64,000 nt of DNA, from NCBI RefSeq assembly GCF_009914755.1, contig NC_060946.1. One strand, 5' to 3'. This DNA is from the human T2T-CHM13v2.0 reference genome, Homo sapiens. The notes beneath the pieces are model-generated. The model did not search any database and was not told the DNA's origin. It saw only the letters and a list, made by a program, of their open reading frames with translations. A program made the translations under genes and the position numbers. Positions 17,930 through 46,100 of this stretch are shown here, in pieces (the first letter of the stretch is position 1; every line of letters starts with the position of its first letter).

Positions 17930-19946
17930 GTCAGAAATATGATTGGATGCCCATGATAGGTGTGAGATGTAAATCCAAGAAGCAACTCCCGTTAGTTTTT
18001 CAGCACAAGAGTAAGTTGCAAACACCTGGTAAGGTCCTTTCCAGCGAGGCTATAGGAAGCCTTTCAGTTGTTGTCTTTCCAGTACACAAAGTCAACTGGG
18101 TGTGATCTGAGATCCTTGGAGTCCTTGGCTCCCAGGAGCTCATAGTGGAAAGGTTCTGTTACCAACTTTGTGTTTTTTTAAGTTTTAAGAAATCCTTGGC
18201 TATAATGCAGTATTTTTTCCCTTGGGTAAAACTGGCTCATGTAAGCCCTTGTCCAGCCTCATATGTCTTCCTGTTATTATTGCATAAGGTGATAAACAAT
18301 GTTTTCCAAATGGAGTGGATCTAAGTTTAAGCAAGATCAGTGGGAGGACTTTTGGCCAAGGGAGCTTAAAAGCCTCTGTTAACTTAGCTAATTGAGTTTT
18401 TATTGTGCCATTTGTCCCTTCTGCCAACCCACAGAATTGGGGATGATAGGCACAAAGGAAATCTTGTATTATGGGCTAGATTTTGCGAATGGATTGAACA
18501 ACTTGTCCAGTAAAATGAGTCCCATGATCACTGTGTAGTTCAGAAGGGATTTTCCAAACCAGAATTATTCTCTCTGGTGGTATTTTGCCTACTGTTAAGG
18601 CAACAGCCCTCCAACTAGGAAATGCTTCTACCCGGTGAGGAAACATACAAACCAAGACCAGCACACATTGATAACTTGGAGATGGTGGCATCTGGATGAA
18701 ATCCAATTGCTGTAATTCAAAGGCTCTTGTTGGCAAAAGACAGTGACCTTGGGAGCCATGTAAGGGCTTTCTAGGGTTATGCTTTCAGCATATATTACCC
18801 ATATATAGAACATACATTTTGGGCCACAATGGGGTATGATTTCCAGAAGTATTTCCCCATAATGTCATTTTCTCAGGGCCCAGTGAATCTTTTCATGAAA
18901 AAAATTGAAGGAGGGGGAATTGTGCACCTTTGGGAACCATGTGGTTTTTGTTAGGGCCTAGCCACAATTCTCTGCTTCTGTTAAACATGCCTCCCTTTTG
19001 CTGCCAGATTTGTTTCTCCTGAGGAATTGATGCCCACTGGTATTGTAAAAGAATGTTAGTGAGGGTACTAGCAGGATGGAGGGTGCATGCTTATGTAAGA
19101 CAGGCCATCATCCCTAGGACAGCATTCTTTGCTGCAGCATCAGCTAGATTATTTCTTTTTGTTTCTTCAGTATTATTTGTTTTGGTGTCCAGGGATTTTT
19201 ACCACTGTGAGCTGCTTTGGCGTTTGAACTGTTTCTAATAGTTCCAAGACTCAGTACATGTTTATGTAGGTTACCCCGGTGAAGTGAGAAAGACTTCTGT
19301 TTCCATAGCATGTAGAAATCATGGGCTACTCCAAAAGCATATGGGCTATCAGTGTATATATTTGCCACCCTTCCTTCAACCAATTGGTAAGCTCCAGTTA
19401 ATACTATTAATTCAGCCATCTGGACTGATTTTACTCCTTGGAGTTAGTGCTTTTGATTATGTCTACTGTGAAAGTGATGGAATATCCTCCTAACTTATGC
19501 CTCTGATTGTCTTAATTTAAAAATCTGCGAACCAAATTAATTCCGTATTCTCCACAGAAGTGTCACGTAAATCTTCCCTAGGGGAGAGTAAGATATTTGT
19601 TTTGGAGAGTAGCTGTGCTCTTATTGTTGTTCACCTGAAAAAATGGAGCAGGTTAATAGTGTTATAGCGCTTCAAAGTGATGTTAGGGACAGAAAGCAGG
19701 AATGCCTCATAAGAGGCGAGGTGGCTGACCAAACAGTGTTCAATGTGGTGAGAGCTTAGGAGAGATTCCACAGTTGTAGGGGGTGCAGAAGATTAGTGGG
19801 GACCGTAGAACAAATTCTTCAGCATCCTTGGATAAGAAGCCTGCAGCTGGCTTGACCTTCATGCAAGGGGGCATCCTCTTGATACCAGACCTAATTGTTG
19901 GCTGAAATAAGCAATTGGCCTATGATTGTTCCCATGTTTTAGAGTT
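17930..19946 (-). pseudogene. ERV pol 3' half: RT connection, RNase H, integrase
   Basis: HRPIAYFSQQL; AELI.L..ANIYTDSPYAFG (RNase H); QLDFIQM..SD.GTHFTG..EGTNGTIK (integrase core); WKGPYQV GPY/F motif at 18026-18043. Confidence 0.92.
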
Positions 19947-19964
19947 AATACTCCTAGAGCATTT

Positions 19965-21268
19965 AAAGTTAAAATTGTTATGTGTGAATTTGATCCTGTC
20001 ATTATGATGTTAGCTGGTTATTTTGCTCGTTAGTTGATGCAGTTTCTTCCTAGTCTCGATGGTCTTTACATTTTGGCATGATTTTGCAGCAGCTGGTACC
20101 GGTTGTTCCTTTCCATGTTTAACACTTCCTTCAGGAGCTCTTTTAGGGCAGGCCTGGTGGTGACAAAATCTCTCAGCATTTGCTTGTCTGTAAAGGATTT
20201 TATTTATCCTTCACTTATGAAGCTTAATTTGGCTGGATATGAAATTCTGGGTTGAAAATTCTTTTCTTTAAGAATGTTGAATATTGGCCCCCACTCTCTT
20301 CTGGCTTATAGAATTTCTGCCAAGAGATCCGCTGTTAGTCTGATGAGCTTCCCTTTGTGGGTAACCCGACCTTTCTCTCTGGCTGCCCTTAACATTTTCT
20401 CCTTCATTTCAACCTTGGTGAATCTGACAATTATGTGTCTTGGAGTTTCTCTTCTCGAGGAGTGTCTTTGTGGCATTCTCTGTATTTCCTGAATCTGAAT
20501 GTTGGCCTGCATTTCTAGATTGGGGAAGTTCTCCTGGATAATATCCTGTAGAGTGTTTTCCAACTTGGTTCCCCGTCACTTTCAGGTACACCAATTAGAC
20601 GTAGATTTGGTCTTTTCACATAGTCCCATATTTCTTGGAGGCTTTGTTTGTTTCTTTTTATTCTTTTTTTCTCTAAACTTCCCTTCTCGCTTCATTTCAT
20701 TCATTTCATCTTCCATCACTGATACTCTTTCTTCCAGTTGCTCGCATAAGCTCCTCAGGCTTCTGCATTCTTCACGTAGTTCTCGAGCCTTGGTTTTCAG
20801 CTCCATCAGCTCCTTTAAGCACTTCTCTGTATTGGTTATTCTAGTTATACATTCCTCTAAATTTTTTTCTAAGTTTTCAACTTCTTTGCTATTGGTTTGA
20901 ATGTCCTCCCATAGCTCAGAGTAATTTGATCATCTGAAACCTTCTTCTCTCAGCTCGTCAAAGTCATTTTCCATCCAGCTTTGTTCCATTGCTGGTGAGG
21001 AACTGCATTCCTTTGGAGGAGGACAGATGCTCTGCTTTTTAGAGTTTCCAGTTTTTCTGCTCTGTTTTTTTCCCATCTTTGTGGTTTTATCTACTTTGGT
21101 CTTTGATGATGGTGAGGTACAAATGGGTTTTTGGTGTGGATGTCCTTTCTGTTTGTTAGTTTTCTTTCTCACAGACAGGACCCTCAGCTGCAGGTCTGTT
21201 GGAGTACCCGGCCATGTGAGGTGTCAGTCTGCCCCTGATGGGGGTGCCTCCCAGTTAGGCTGCTTGGG
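19965..21268 (-). mobile_element. Twin-primed (inverted) 5' segment of the same L1: distal 5' UTR, disrupted ORF1 (21076-20066) and ORF2 start (ATG at 20002)
   Basis: MGKKQSRKTGNSK.., MELKTKARELREEC.. and ENFPNL..PRHIIVRFTKVEMKEKML are ORF1p pieces. Confidence 0.93.
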
Positions 21269-35352
<14,084 letters not shown>

Positions 35353-38300
35353 AACCTGCTCTATCAAATGGAATGTTCAACTCTGTAACTTGAAAGCAAT
35401 CATTACAAGGAAGTTACTGAGAATCTTTTTGTGTAGATTTTATATGAAGATATTCCCGTTTCCAAGGAAATCGTGAAAGCCTTCCAAATATCCTCTTGCA
35501 GGTTCTTCAAAAAGAGTGTTTCAAAACAGCTCTATCAAAAGAAAGGCTCAACTCTGTTAGTTGAGTACACACATCACAAACTAGTTTCTGAGTATTCTTC
35601 TGTCTAGTTTTCATGGGAAGGTATTTCCATTTTCACCATAGGCCTCAAAGCGCTCCAAATGTCCGGTTCCAGAAACTACAAAAAGGGTGTTTCAAACCTT
35701 CTGTATGAAATGTAATGTTCAACTCTGTGACTTGAATGCAAACAGCAGTAGGAAGTTTCTGAGAATCCTTCTGTGTAGATTTTATGTGAAGATATTCCCG
35801 TTTCTAACGAAATCGTTAAAGCTATCCAAATATGCACTTGCAGGTTCTACAGAAAGAGTGCTTCAAAACAGTTCTATCAAAAGAAAGGTTCTACTCTGTT
35901 AGTTGAGTTCACACATCCGAAACTAGTTTCTGAGAATTCTGCTGTCTAGTTAATTTTGGAAGATATTTCCATTTTCACCGAAGGTCTCAAAGCGCTCCAA
36001 ATGTCCACTTCCAGATACCACAGAAAGAGTGTTTCAAACCTGCTCTATCAAATGGAACGTTCAACTCTGTAACTTGAAAGCAATCGTTACAAGGAACTTA
36101 CTGAGAATCTTTCTGTTTAGATTTTATATGAAGATATTCCCGTTTCCAAGGAAATCATGAAAGCTATCCAAATATCCACTTGCAGGTCCTTCAAAAAGAG
36201 TGTTTCAAAATAGCTTTATCAAAAGAAATGCTCAACTCTGTTAGTTGTGCACACACATCACAAACTAGTTTCTGAGTATTCTTCTGTCTAGCTTTTATGG
36301 GAAGATATTTCCATTTTCACCATAGGCCTCAAAGCGCTCCGAATGTCCACTTCCTGATACCACAGAAAGAGTGTTTCAAACCAGCTCTATGAAATGGAAT
36401 GTCCAACTCTGTGACTTGAATGAAAACATCATTAAGAAGTTTCTGAGAATGCTTCTGTCTAGATTTTACAAGATAATCCCGTTTCCAACGAGATGCTGAA
36501 AGCTATCCAAATATCCACTTGCAGATTCTACAAAAAGAGTGTTTCAGAACAGCTCTATCAAAAGAAAGGTTCATCTGTGTTAGTTGAGTACACACTTCAC
36601 AAACAAGTTTCTGAGAATTCTTCTGTGTAGTTTTGAGGGGAAGATATTTCCATTTTCACCGTAGGCCTCAAAGTGCTCAATATGTCCATTTCCAGATACC
36701 ACAGAAAGAGTCTTTCAAACCAGCTCTATGAAATGGTATGTTCAACTCCGTGACTTGAATGAAAACGTCACTAAGAAGTTTCTGAGAATGCTTCTATCCA
36801 GATTTTACAAGATAATCCCGTTTCCAACGAAATGCTCAAAGCTATCCAAATATCCACTTGCAGATTCTACAAAAAGAGTGTTTCACAACTGCACAATCAA
36901 AAGAAAAGTTCAACTGTGGTAGTTGAGTACACACATCACAAACTAGTTTCTGAGAATTCTTCTGTGTAGTTTTGAGGGGATGACATTTCCATTTGCACCA
37001 TAGGCCTCAAAACGGTGCAAATGTCCAGTTCCAGAAACTACAAGAACAGTGTTTCAAACCTGCTGTATGAAATGGAATGTTCAGCTGTGTGACTTCAATG
37101 CAAACATCACTAATAGGTTTCTGAGAATGTTTCTGTCTAGATTTTACCTGAAGATATTCCCCGTTCCAATGAAATCGGTAAAGGTTTCCAAATATCCACT
37201 TGCAGATTCTAGAAAAAGAGTGTTTCAGAACAGCTTTATCAATTGAAAGCTTCAACTGTGTCAGGTGAGTACACACATCACAAACAAGTTTCTTAGAATT
37301 CTTCTGTGTAGTTTTTAGGGGAAGGTATTTCCATTTTCACCGTAGGCCTCAAAGTGCTCCAAATGTCCACTTCCAGATACCACAGAAAGAGTGTTTCAAA
37401 CCTGCTCTATCAAATGGAATGTTCAACTCTGTAACTTGAAAGCAATCATTACAAGGAAGTTACTGAGAATCTTTTTGTGTAGATTTTATATGAAGATATT
37501 CCCGTTTCCAAGGAAATCCTGAAAGCTATCCAAATATCCACTTGCAGGTTCTTCAAAAAGAGTGTTTCAAAACAGCTCTATCAAAAGAAAGGATCAACTC
37601 TGTTAGTTGAGTACACACATCACAAACTAGTTTCTGAGTATTCTTCTGTCTAGTTTTTATGGGAAGATATTTCCATTTTCACCATAGGCCTCAAAGCGCT
37701 CCAAATGTCCAGTTCCAGAAACTACAAAAAGTGTGTTTCAAACCTTCTGTATGAAATGTAATGTTCAACTCTGTGACCTGAATGGAAACAGCAGTAGGAA
37801 GTGTCTGACAATCCTTCTGTGTAGATTTCATGTGAAGATATTCCAGTTTCTAACGAAATCGTTAAAGCTATCCAAATATGCACTTGCAGGTTCTACAGAA
37901 AGAGTGTTTCAAAACAGTTCTATCAAAAGAAAGGTTCAACTCTGTTAGTTGAGTTCACACATCCGAAAGTACTTTCTGAGAATTCTTCTGTCTAGTTAAT
38001 TTGAAAGATATTTCCATTTTCACCGAAGGTCTCAAAGCGCTCCAAATGTCCACTTCCAGATACCACAGAAAGAGTGTTTCAAACCAGCTCTATGAAATGG
38101 AATGTTCAACTCTGTGACTTGAATGAAAACATCACTAAGAAGTTTCTGAGAATGCTTCTGTCTAGATTTTACAAGATAATCCCGTTTCCAACGAAATGCT
38201 CAAAGCTATCCAAATATCCACTTGCAGATTCGACAAAAAGAGAGTTTCACAGCTGCACAATCAAAAGAAAAGTTCAACTGTGTTAGTTGAGTACACACAT

Positions 38301-41300
38301 CACAAACTAGTTTCTGAGAATTCTTCTGTGTAGTTTTGAGGGGAAGATATTTCCATTTGCACCATAGGCCTCAAAGCGCTGCAAATGTCCAGATCCAGAA
38401 ACTACAAAAAGAGTGTTTCAAACCTGCTGTATGAAATGGAATGTTCAGCTGTGTGACTTCAATACAAACATCACTAAGAGGTTTCTGAGAATGTTTCTGT
38501 CTAGATTTTATCTGAAGATATTCCCTTTTCCAAGGAAATCGGTAAAGGTATCCAAATATCCACTTGCAGATTCTACAAAAAGAATGTTTCAGATCAGCTC
38601 TATCAAAAGAAAGGTTCAACTGTGTTAGTTGAGTACACACATCACAAACTAGTTTCTGAGTATTCTTCTGTCTAGTTTTTATGGGAAGATATTTCCATTT
38701 TCACCATAGGCCTCAAAGCGCTCCAAATGTCTAGTTCCAGAAACTACAAAAAGGGTGTTTCAAACCTTCTGTATGAAATGTAATGTTCAACTCTGTGACT
38801 TGAATGCAAACAGCAGTAGGAAGTGTCTGAGAATCCTTCTGTGTAGATTTTATGTGAAGATATTCCCGTTTCCAACGAAATCTTTAAAGCTATCCAAATA
38901 TGCACTTGCAGGTTCTACAGAAAGAGTGTTTCAAAACAGTTCTATCAAAAGAAAGGTTCAACTCTGTTAGTTGAGTTCACACATCAGAAAGTAGTTTCTG
39001 AGAATTCTTCTGTCTAGTTAATTTGGGAAGATATTTCCATTTTCACCGAAGGTCTCAAAGCGCTCCAAATGTCCACTTCCAGATACCACAGAAAGAGTGT
39101 TTCAAACCTGCTCTATCAAATGGAACGTTCAACTCTGTAACTTGAAAGCAATCGTTACAAGGAACTTACTGAGAATCTTTCTGTTTAGATTTTATATGAA
39201 GATATTCCCGTTTCCAAGGAAATCATGAAAGCTATCCAAATATCCACTTGCAGGTCCTTCAAAAAGAGTGTTTCGAAATAGCTTTATCAAAAGAAATGCT
39301 CAACTCTGTTAGTTTTGCACACACATCACAAACTAGTTTCTGAGTATTCTTCTGTCTAGCTTTTATGGGAAGATATTTCCATTTTCACCATAGGCCTCAA
39401 AGCGCTCCGAATGTCCACTTCCTGATACCACAGAAAGAATGTTTCAAACAAGCTCTATGAAATGGAATGTCCAACTCTGTGACTTGAATGAAAACATCAT
39501 TAAGAAGTTTCTGAGAATGCTTCTGTCTAGATTTTACAAGATAATCCCGTTTCCAACGAGATGCTGAAAGCTATCCAAATATCCACTTGCAGATTCTACA
39601 AAAAGAGTGTTTCAGAACTGCACAATCAAAAGAAAAGTTGAACTCTGTGAGTTGAGTACACACATCACAAACTAGTTTCTGAGAATTCTTCTGTGTAGTT
39701 TTGAGGGGAAGATATTTCCATTTGCACCATAGGCCTCAAAGCGTTGCAAATGTCGAGTTCCAGAAACTACAAAAAGAGTGTTTCAAACCTGCTGTATGAA
39801 ATAGAATGTTCAGCTGTGTGACTTCAATGCAAACATCACTAAGAGGTTTCTGAGAATGTTTCTGTCTAGATTTTATCTGAAGATATTCCCGTTTGCAACG
39901 AAATCGTTAAAGGTATGCAAACATCCACTTGCAGATTCTACCAAAAGAGTGTTTCAGAACAGCTCTATCAAAAGAAAGTTTCAACTGTGTTAGTTGAGTA
40001 CACATATCACAGACAAGTTTCTGAGAATTCTTCTGTGTAGTTTCTAGGGGAAGATATTTCCATTTTCACCCTAGGCCTCATGGTGCTCCAAATGTCCACT
40101 TCCAGATACCACGGAAAGAGTGTTTCAAACCTGCTCTATGAAATGGAATTTTCAACTCTGTAACTTGAAAGCAATCATTACAAGGAAGTTACAGAGAATC
40201 TTTCTGTTTAGATTGTATATGAAGATATTCCCGTTTCCAAGGAAATCGTGAAAGCTATCCAAATATCCACTTGCAGGTTCTTCAAAAAGAGTGTTTTGAA
40301 ATAGCTTTATCAAAAGAAATGCTCAACTCTGTTAGTTGTGTACACACATCACAAACTAGTTTCTGAGTATTCTTCTGTCTAGCTTTTATATGAAGATAAT
40401 TCCATTTTCACTATAGGCCTCAAAGCGCTCCGAATGTCCACTTCCTGATACCACAGAAAGAGTATTTCAAAGTAGCTCTATGAAAAGGAAATTTCATCTC
40501 TGTTCGTTGAATGAAAACATCAATAAGTATTTTCTGAGAATGCCTCTGTCTAGATTTTATAAGATAATCCAGTTTCCAACGAAATCCTCAAAGCTATTCA
40601 AATATCCACTTGCAGATTCTACAAACAGAGTGTTTCGAAACTGCTCACTCAAAAGAAAGACTCAACTGTGTTAGTTGAGTACACACATCACAAGCAAGTT
40701 TCTGAGAATTCTTCTGTCTAGCTTTTATGGGAAGATATTTCCATTTTCACCATAGGCCTCAAAGCGCTCCAAATGTCCAGTTCCAGAAACTACAAAAAGT
40801 GTGTTTGAAACCTTCTGTATGAAATGTAATGTTGAACTCTGTGACTTGAATACAAACATCAGTAGGAGGTTTCTGAAAATCCTTCTGTGTAGATTTTATG
40901 TCAAGATATTCCCGTTTCTAATGAAATCGTTAAAGCTATCCAAATATGCACTTGCAGGTTCTATACAAAGAGTTCTCAAAACAGTTCTATCAAAGGAAAG
41001 TTTCAACTCTGTTAGTTGAGTTCACACATCAGAAACTAGTTTCTGAGAATTCTTCTGTCTAGTTAATTTGGGAAGATATTTCCTTTTTCACCAAAGGTCT
41101 CAAATCCTTCCAAATGTCCACTTCCAGATACCACAGAAAGAGTGTTTCAAACCAGCTGTATGAAATGGAATGTTCAACTCCGTGACTTGAATGAAAACAT
41201 CACTAAGAAGTTTCTGAGAATGCTTCTGTCTAGATTTTACAAGATAATCCCGTTTCCAACGAAATGCTCAAAGCTATCCAAATATCCACTTGCAGATTCT

Positions 41301-43190
41301 ACAAAAAGACTGTTTCAGAACTGCACAATCAAAAGAAAAGTTCAACTGTGTGAGTTGAGCACACCCATAACAAACAAGTTTCTGAGAATTCTTCTGTCTA
41401 GTTTTTAGGGGAAGATATTTCCATTTTCACCATAGGCCTCAAAGCGCTCCAAATGTCCAGTTCCAGAAACTACAAAAAGTGTGTTTCAAACCTTCTGTAT
41501 GAAATGTAATGTTCAACTCTGTGACTTGAATGCAGACATCACTAGGAAGTTTCGGAGAATCCTTCTCTTTAGATTTTATGTGAAGATATTCCCGTTTCTA
41601 ACGAAATCGTGAAATCTATCCCAATATGCACTTGCAGGGTCTACACAGAAAGAGTGTTTCCAAACAGTTCTATCAAAGAAATTTTCAACTCCGTTAGTTG
41701 AGTTCACACATCAGAAACTAATTTCTGAGAATTCTTCTGTCTAGTTATTTTGGGAATATATTTCCATATTCACCGAAGGACTCAAAGAGCTCCAAATGTC
41801 CCCTTCCAGATACCACAGAAAGAGTGTTTCAAACCAGCTCCATGAAATGGAATTTTCACCTCTGTGAGTTGAATGAAAACATCAATAAGAAGTTTCTGAG
41901 AATGCCTCTGTCTAGATTTTATAAGATTATCATGTTTCTAACGAAATGCTCAAAGCTATCCAAATATCCACTTGCAGATTCTACCAAAAGAGTGTTTCAG
42001 AACTGCACAATCCAAAGAAAAGTTCAACTGTGTTAGTTGAGTACACACATCACAAACTAGTTTCTGAGAACTTTTCTGTGCAGTTTTGAGGGGAATATAT
42101 TTTCATTTGCACCATAGGCCTCAAAGCGCTGCAAAGTCCAGTTCCAGAAACTACAAAAAGAGTCTTTCAAACCTGCTTTATGAAATGGAATGATCAGCTG
42201 TGTGACTCCAATGCAAACATCACTAAGTGGTTTCTGAGAATGCTTCTGTCTAGATTTTATATGAAGACATTCCCGATTCCAACGAAATCGTTAAAGGTAT
42301 CCAAATATCCACTTGCAGATTCTACAAAAAGAGTGTTTCAAAACACCTCTATCAAAAGAAAGGTTGAACTCTGTGAGTTGAGTACACACATCCAAGCATG
42401 TTTCTGAGAATTCTTCTGTGTAGTTTTTAGGGGAAGATATTTCCATTTTCACCATAGGCCTCAAGAGCTCCAAATGTCCACTTCCAGATACCACAGAAAG
42501 AGTGTTTCAAACCTGCTCTATGAATTGCAAAGTTCAACTCTTTGGCTTGAATGCAAACTTCACTAGGAAGTTTCTGAGAATCCTTCTGTGTAGATTTTAT
42601 GTGAAGATATTCCCGTTTCCAGTCAAACCATGAAAGCTATCAAATTATGCACTTGCAAGTTCTACAAAAAGGGTGTTTCAAAACAGCTCTCTCAAAAGAT
42701 AGTCTCAACTCTTTTAGTTGAGTACACACATCACAAACTAGTTTCTGAGAATTCTTCTGTGTAGTTTTTAGGGGAAGATATATCCATTTTCACCATAGGT
42801 CTCAAAGCCCTCCAAATGTCCACTTCCAGATACCACAGAAAGTGTGTATCAAACCTGCTCTATCAAACGGAATGTTCAACTCTGTGACTTGAATGCAATC
42901 ATTTCAAGGAAGTTACTGAGAATCTTTCTGTATAGAGTTTATATGAAGATGTTCCCGTTTCCAACGAAATCATGAAAGCTATCCAAATATCCAATGGCAA
43001 ATTCCACAAAAAGTGTCTTTCAAATCTGCTCTATCAAGAGAAAGGTTCAACTGTGTTGGTTGAGTACACACATCACAAACTAGATTCTGAGAACTCTTCT
43101 GCCTACTTTTAAAGGGAAGATATTTCCAATTTCAACCTAGGCCTGAAAGTGCTCCAAATGTCCAATTCCTGATGCTACAAAAAGAGTGTT
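35353..43190 (-). repeat. Alpha satellite: same HOR dimers in shuffled order, increasingly diverged
   Basis: Diagnostic monomers (cagcagtaggaag; ttttacaagataatcc; ttacaaggaa; ttttatctgaag) recur at ~340-bp steps without the 1365-bp period. Confidence 0.88.
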
Positions 43191-46100
43191 TCAAACCTGC
43201 TCTATGAAAAGGAATGTTGAACTCTGTGACAGGAATGCAAACGTCACAAAGATGTTTCTCAGAATGCTTCTGTCTAGATTTCATATGAAGATATTCCCGT
43301 TTCCAACGAAATCCTCAAAGCTATCCAAATATCCACTTGCAGATTCTCCAAAAATCGTGTTTCAAAACAGTTCTATGAAAAGAAAGGTTCAACTCTGTGA
43401 GTTGAGTACACACATCACAAACTAGCTTCTGAGAATGCTTCTTTCTAGTATTTATGGGAAGAGATTCCCTTTTTCACCATATTCCTCAAAGCGCTCCAAA
43501 TGTCCACTTCCAGATACTAGAAAAAGAGTGTTTCAAACGTGCTCTATGAAAGGGAATGTTCAACTCTGTGAGTTGAATGGAGACGTCACAAAGAAGTTTC
43601 TCACAATGCTTCTGTCTAGATTTTATATGAAGATAATCCTGATTCCAATGAAATCGTCAAATCTATCCAAATATCCACTTTCAGATTCTACAAAAGGACG
43701 GTTTCAAACCAGCTCTATGAAATGGAATGTTGAACTCTGTGACTTGAATGCAAACATCACTAAGAAGCTTCTAAGAATGCTTCCGTCTAGATTTTATATG
43801 AAGATATTCCCATTTCCAACGAAATCCTCAAAGCTCTCCAAATATCCACTTGCAGATTCTACAAAAAGCGTGTTTCGAAACTGCTCTATCAAAAGAAATG
43901 TTCAACTCTGTTAGTTGAGTACACACATTACAAACTAGTTTCTGAGAATTCTTCTGTCTAGTTTTTATGGGAAGATATTTCCATTTTCACCATAAGCCTC
44001 AACTCGCTCTAAATGTCCACTTCCAGATACTACAAAAAAAGGGTTTCAAACCTGCTCTATGAAAGGGAATGTTCAACCGTGTGACTTGAATGTGAACATC
44101 GCAAAGATGTTTCTCACAATGCTTCTGTCTAGATTTTCTATGAAGATATTCCCGTTTCCAACGGTATCATCAAAGCTATCCAAATATCCACTTGCAGATT
44201 CTACAAAAAGACTGTTTCAAACCTGCTCTAAGAAATGGAAAGTTCAACCCTGTGACTTGAATGCAAACATCACTTAGAAGTTTCTGAGAATGCTTCTTTC
44301 TAGATTTTATATGAAGACATTCCCGTTTCCAATGAAATCGTCCCAGCTATCCAAATATCCACTTGCAGATTTTTCAAAAAGAGTGTTTCAAACCTGCTCT
44401 ATCAAAAGAAAGTTTCAACTCTGTTAATTGAGTACACACATAACAAACCAGTTTCTGAGAATTCTTCTGTCTAGCTTTTATGGGAAGGTATTTCCTTTTT
44501 CACCACAGGCCTCAAAACGCTCAAAATGTCCATTTCCAGATACTACAAAAAGAGTTTTTGAAACCTGCTCTATGAAAGGGAATGTTCAACTCTGTGACTT
44601 GAATGCAAATATCACAAAGATGTTTCTCACAATGCTTCTGTGTAGATGTTATATGAAGGTATTACCGTTTCCAACGAAATCGTCAAATCTATCCAAATAT
44701 CCACCTGCAGATTCTACAAAAAGGGTGTTTCAAACCTGCTCTATGAAATGGAATATTCAGCTCTGTGACTTGAATGCAAACATCACTAAGAATTTTCTGA
44801 GAATGATTCTGTCTAGAACTTATAAGATATTCCCTTTTCCAACGAAATCCTCAAAGGTATCCAAATATCCACTTGCAGGTTCTACAAAAAGAATCTTTCA
44901 AATCTGCTCTATCAAAACAAAGGTTCAACTGTGTTAGTTGAGTACACACATCACAAACAAGTTTCTGAGAACTCTTCTGCCTAGTTTTTAGGGGAAGATA
45001 TTTCCTTTTTCAACATAGGCCTCAAAGCGCTCCAAATGTCCACTTCCAGATACTACAAAAAGAGTGTTTCAAACCTGCTCTATGAAAGGGAATGTTGAAC
45101 TCTGTGACATGAATGCAAACATCACAAAGATATTTCGCAGAATGCTAATGTCTAGATTTCATACGAAGATATTCCCGTTTCCAACGAAATCCTCAAAGCT
45201 ATCCAAATATCCACTTGCAGATTCTACAAAAAGAGTATTTCAAAACAGTTCTATGAAGGAAAAGTTCAACTCTGTGAGTTCAGTACACACATCACAAACA
45301 AGTGTCTGAGAATGCTTCTGTCTAGTTTTTATGGGAAGAGATTCCCTTTTTCACCTTATGCCTCAAAGAGCTCCAAATGTCCACTTCCAGATACTTCAAA
45401 AAGAGTGTTTCAAACCTGCTCTATGAAAGGGAGTGTTCAACACTGTGAGTTGAATGCAAACATCACAAAGTTGTTTCTCACAATGCCTCTGTATAGATTT
45501 TATATGAAGTTATTCCTGATTCCAACGAAATCGTCAAAGCTATGCAAATATCCACTTGCAGATTCTACAAAAGGACTGTTTCAAACCAGCTCTATGAAAT
45601 GGAATGTTCAACTCTGTGACTTGAATGCACACATCACTAAGAAGCTTCTGAGAATGCTTCTGTCTAGATTTTATATGAAGATATTCCCGTTTCCAACGAA
45701 ATCCTCAAACGTATCCAAATATCCACTTGCAGATTCTCCAAAAAGAGTGTTTCAAAACTGTTCTATCAAAAGAAAGGTTCAAATCTGTTAAATTAGTACA
45801 CACATCACAAACTAGTTTCTGAGAATTCCTCTGTCTAGTTTTCATGGGAAGATATTTCCATTTTCACCATGAGCCTCAAAGCGCTCTAATTATCCACTTG
45901 CAGATACTACAAAAAGAGTGTTTCATACCTGCTCTATGAAAGGGAATGTTCAACTCTGTGACTTGAATGGAAACATCACAAAGATGATTCTCACAATGCT
46001 TCTGTCTAGATTTTATATGAATATATTAACCTTTCCAACGGAATCGTCAAAGCTATCCAAATATCCACTTGCAGATTCTACAAAAAGACTGTTTCAAACC

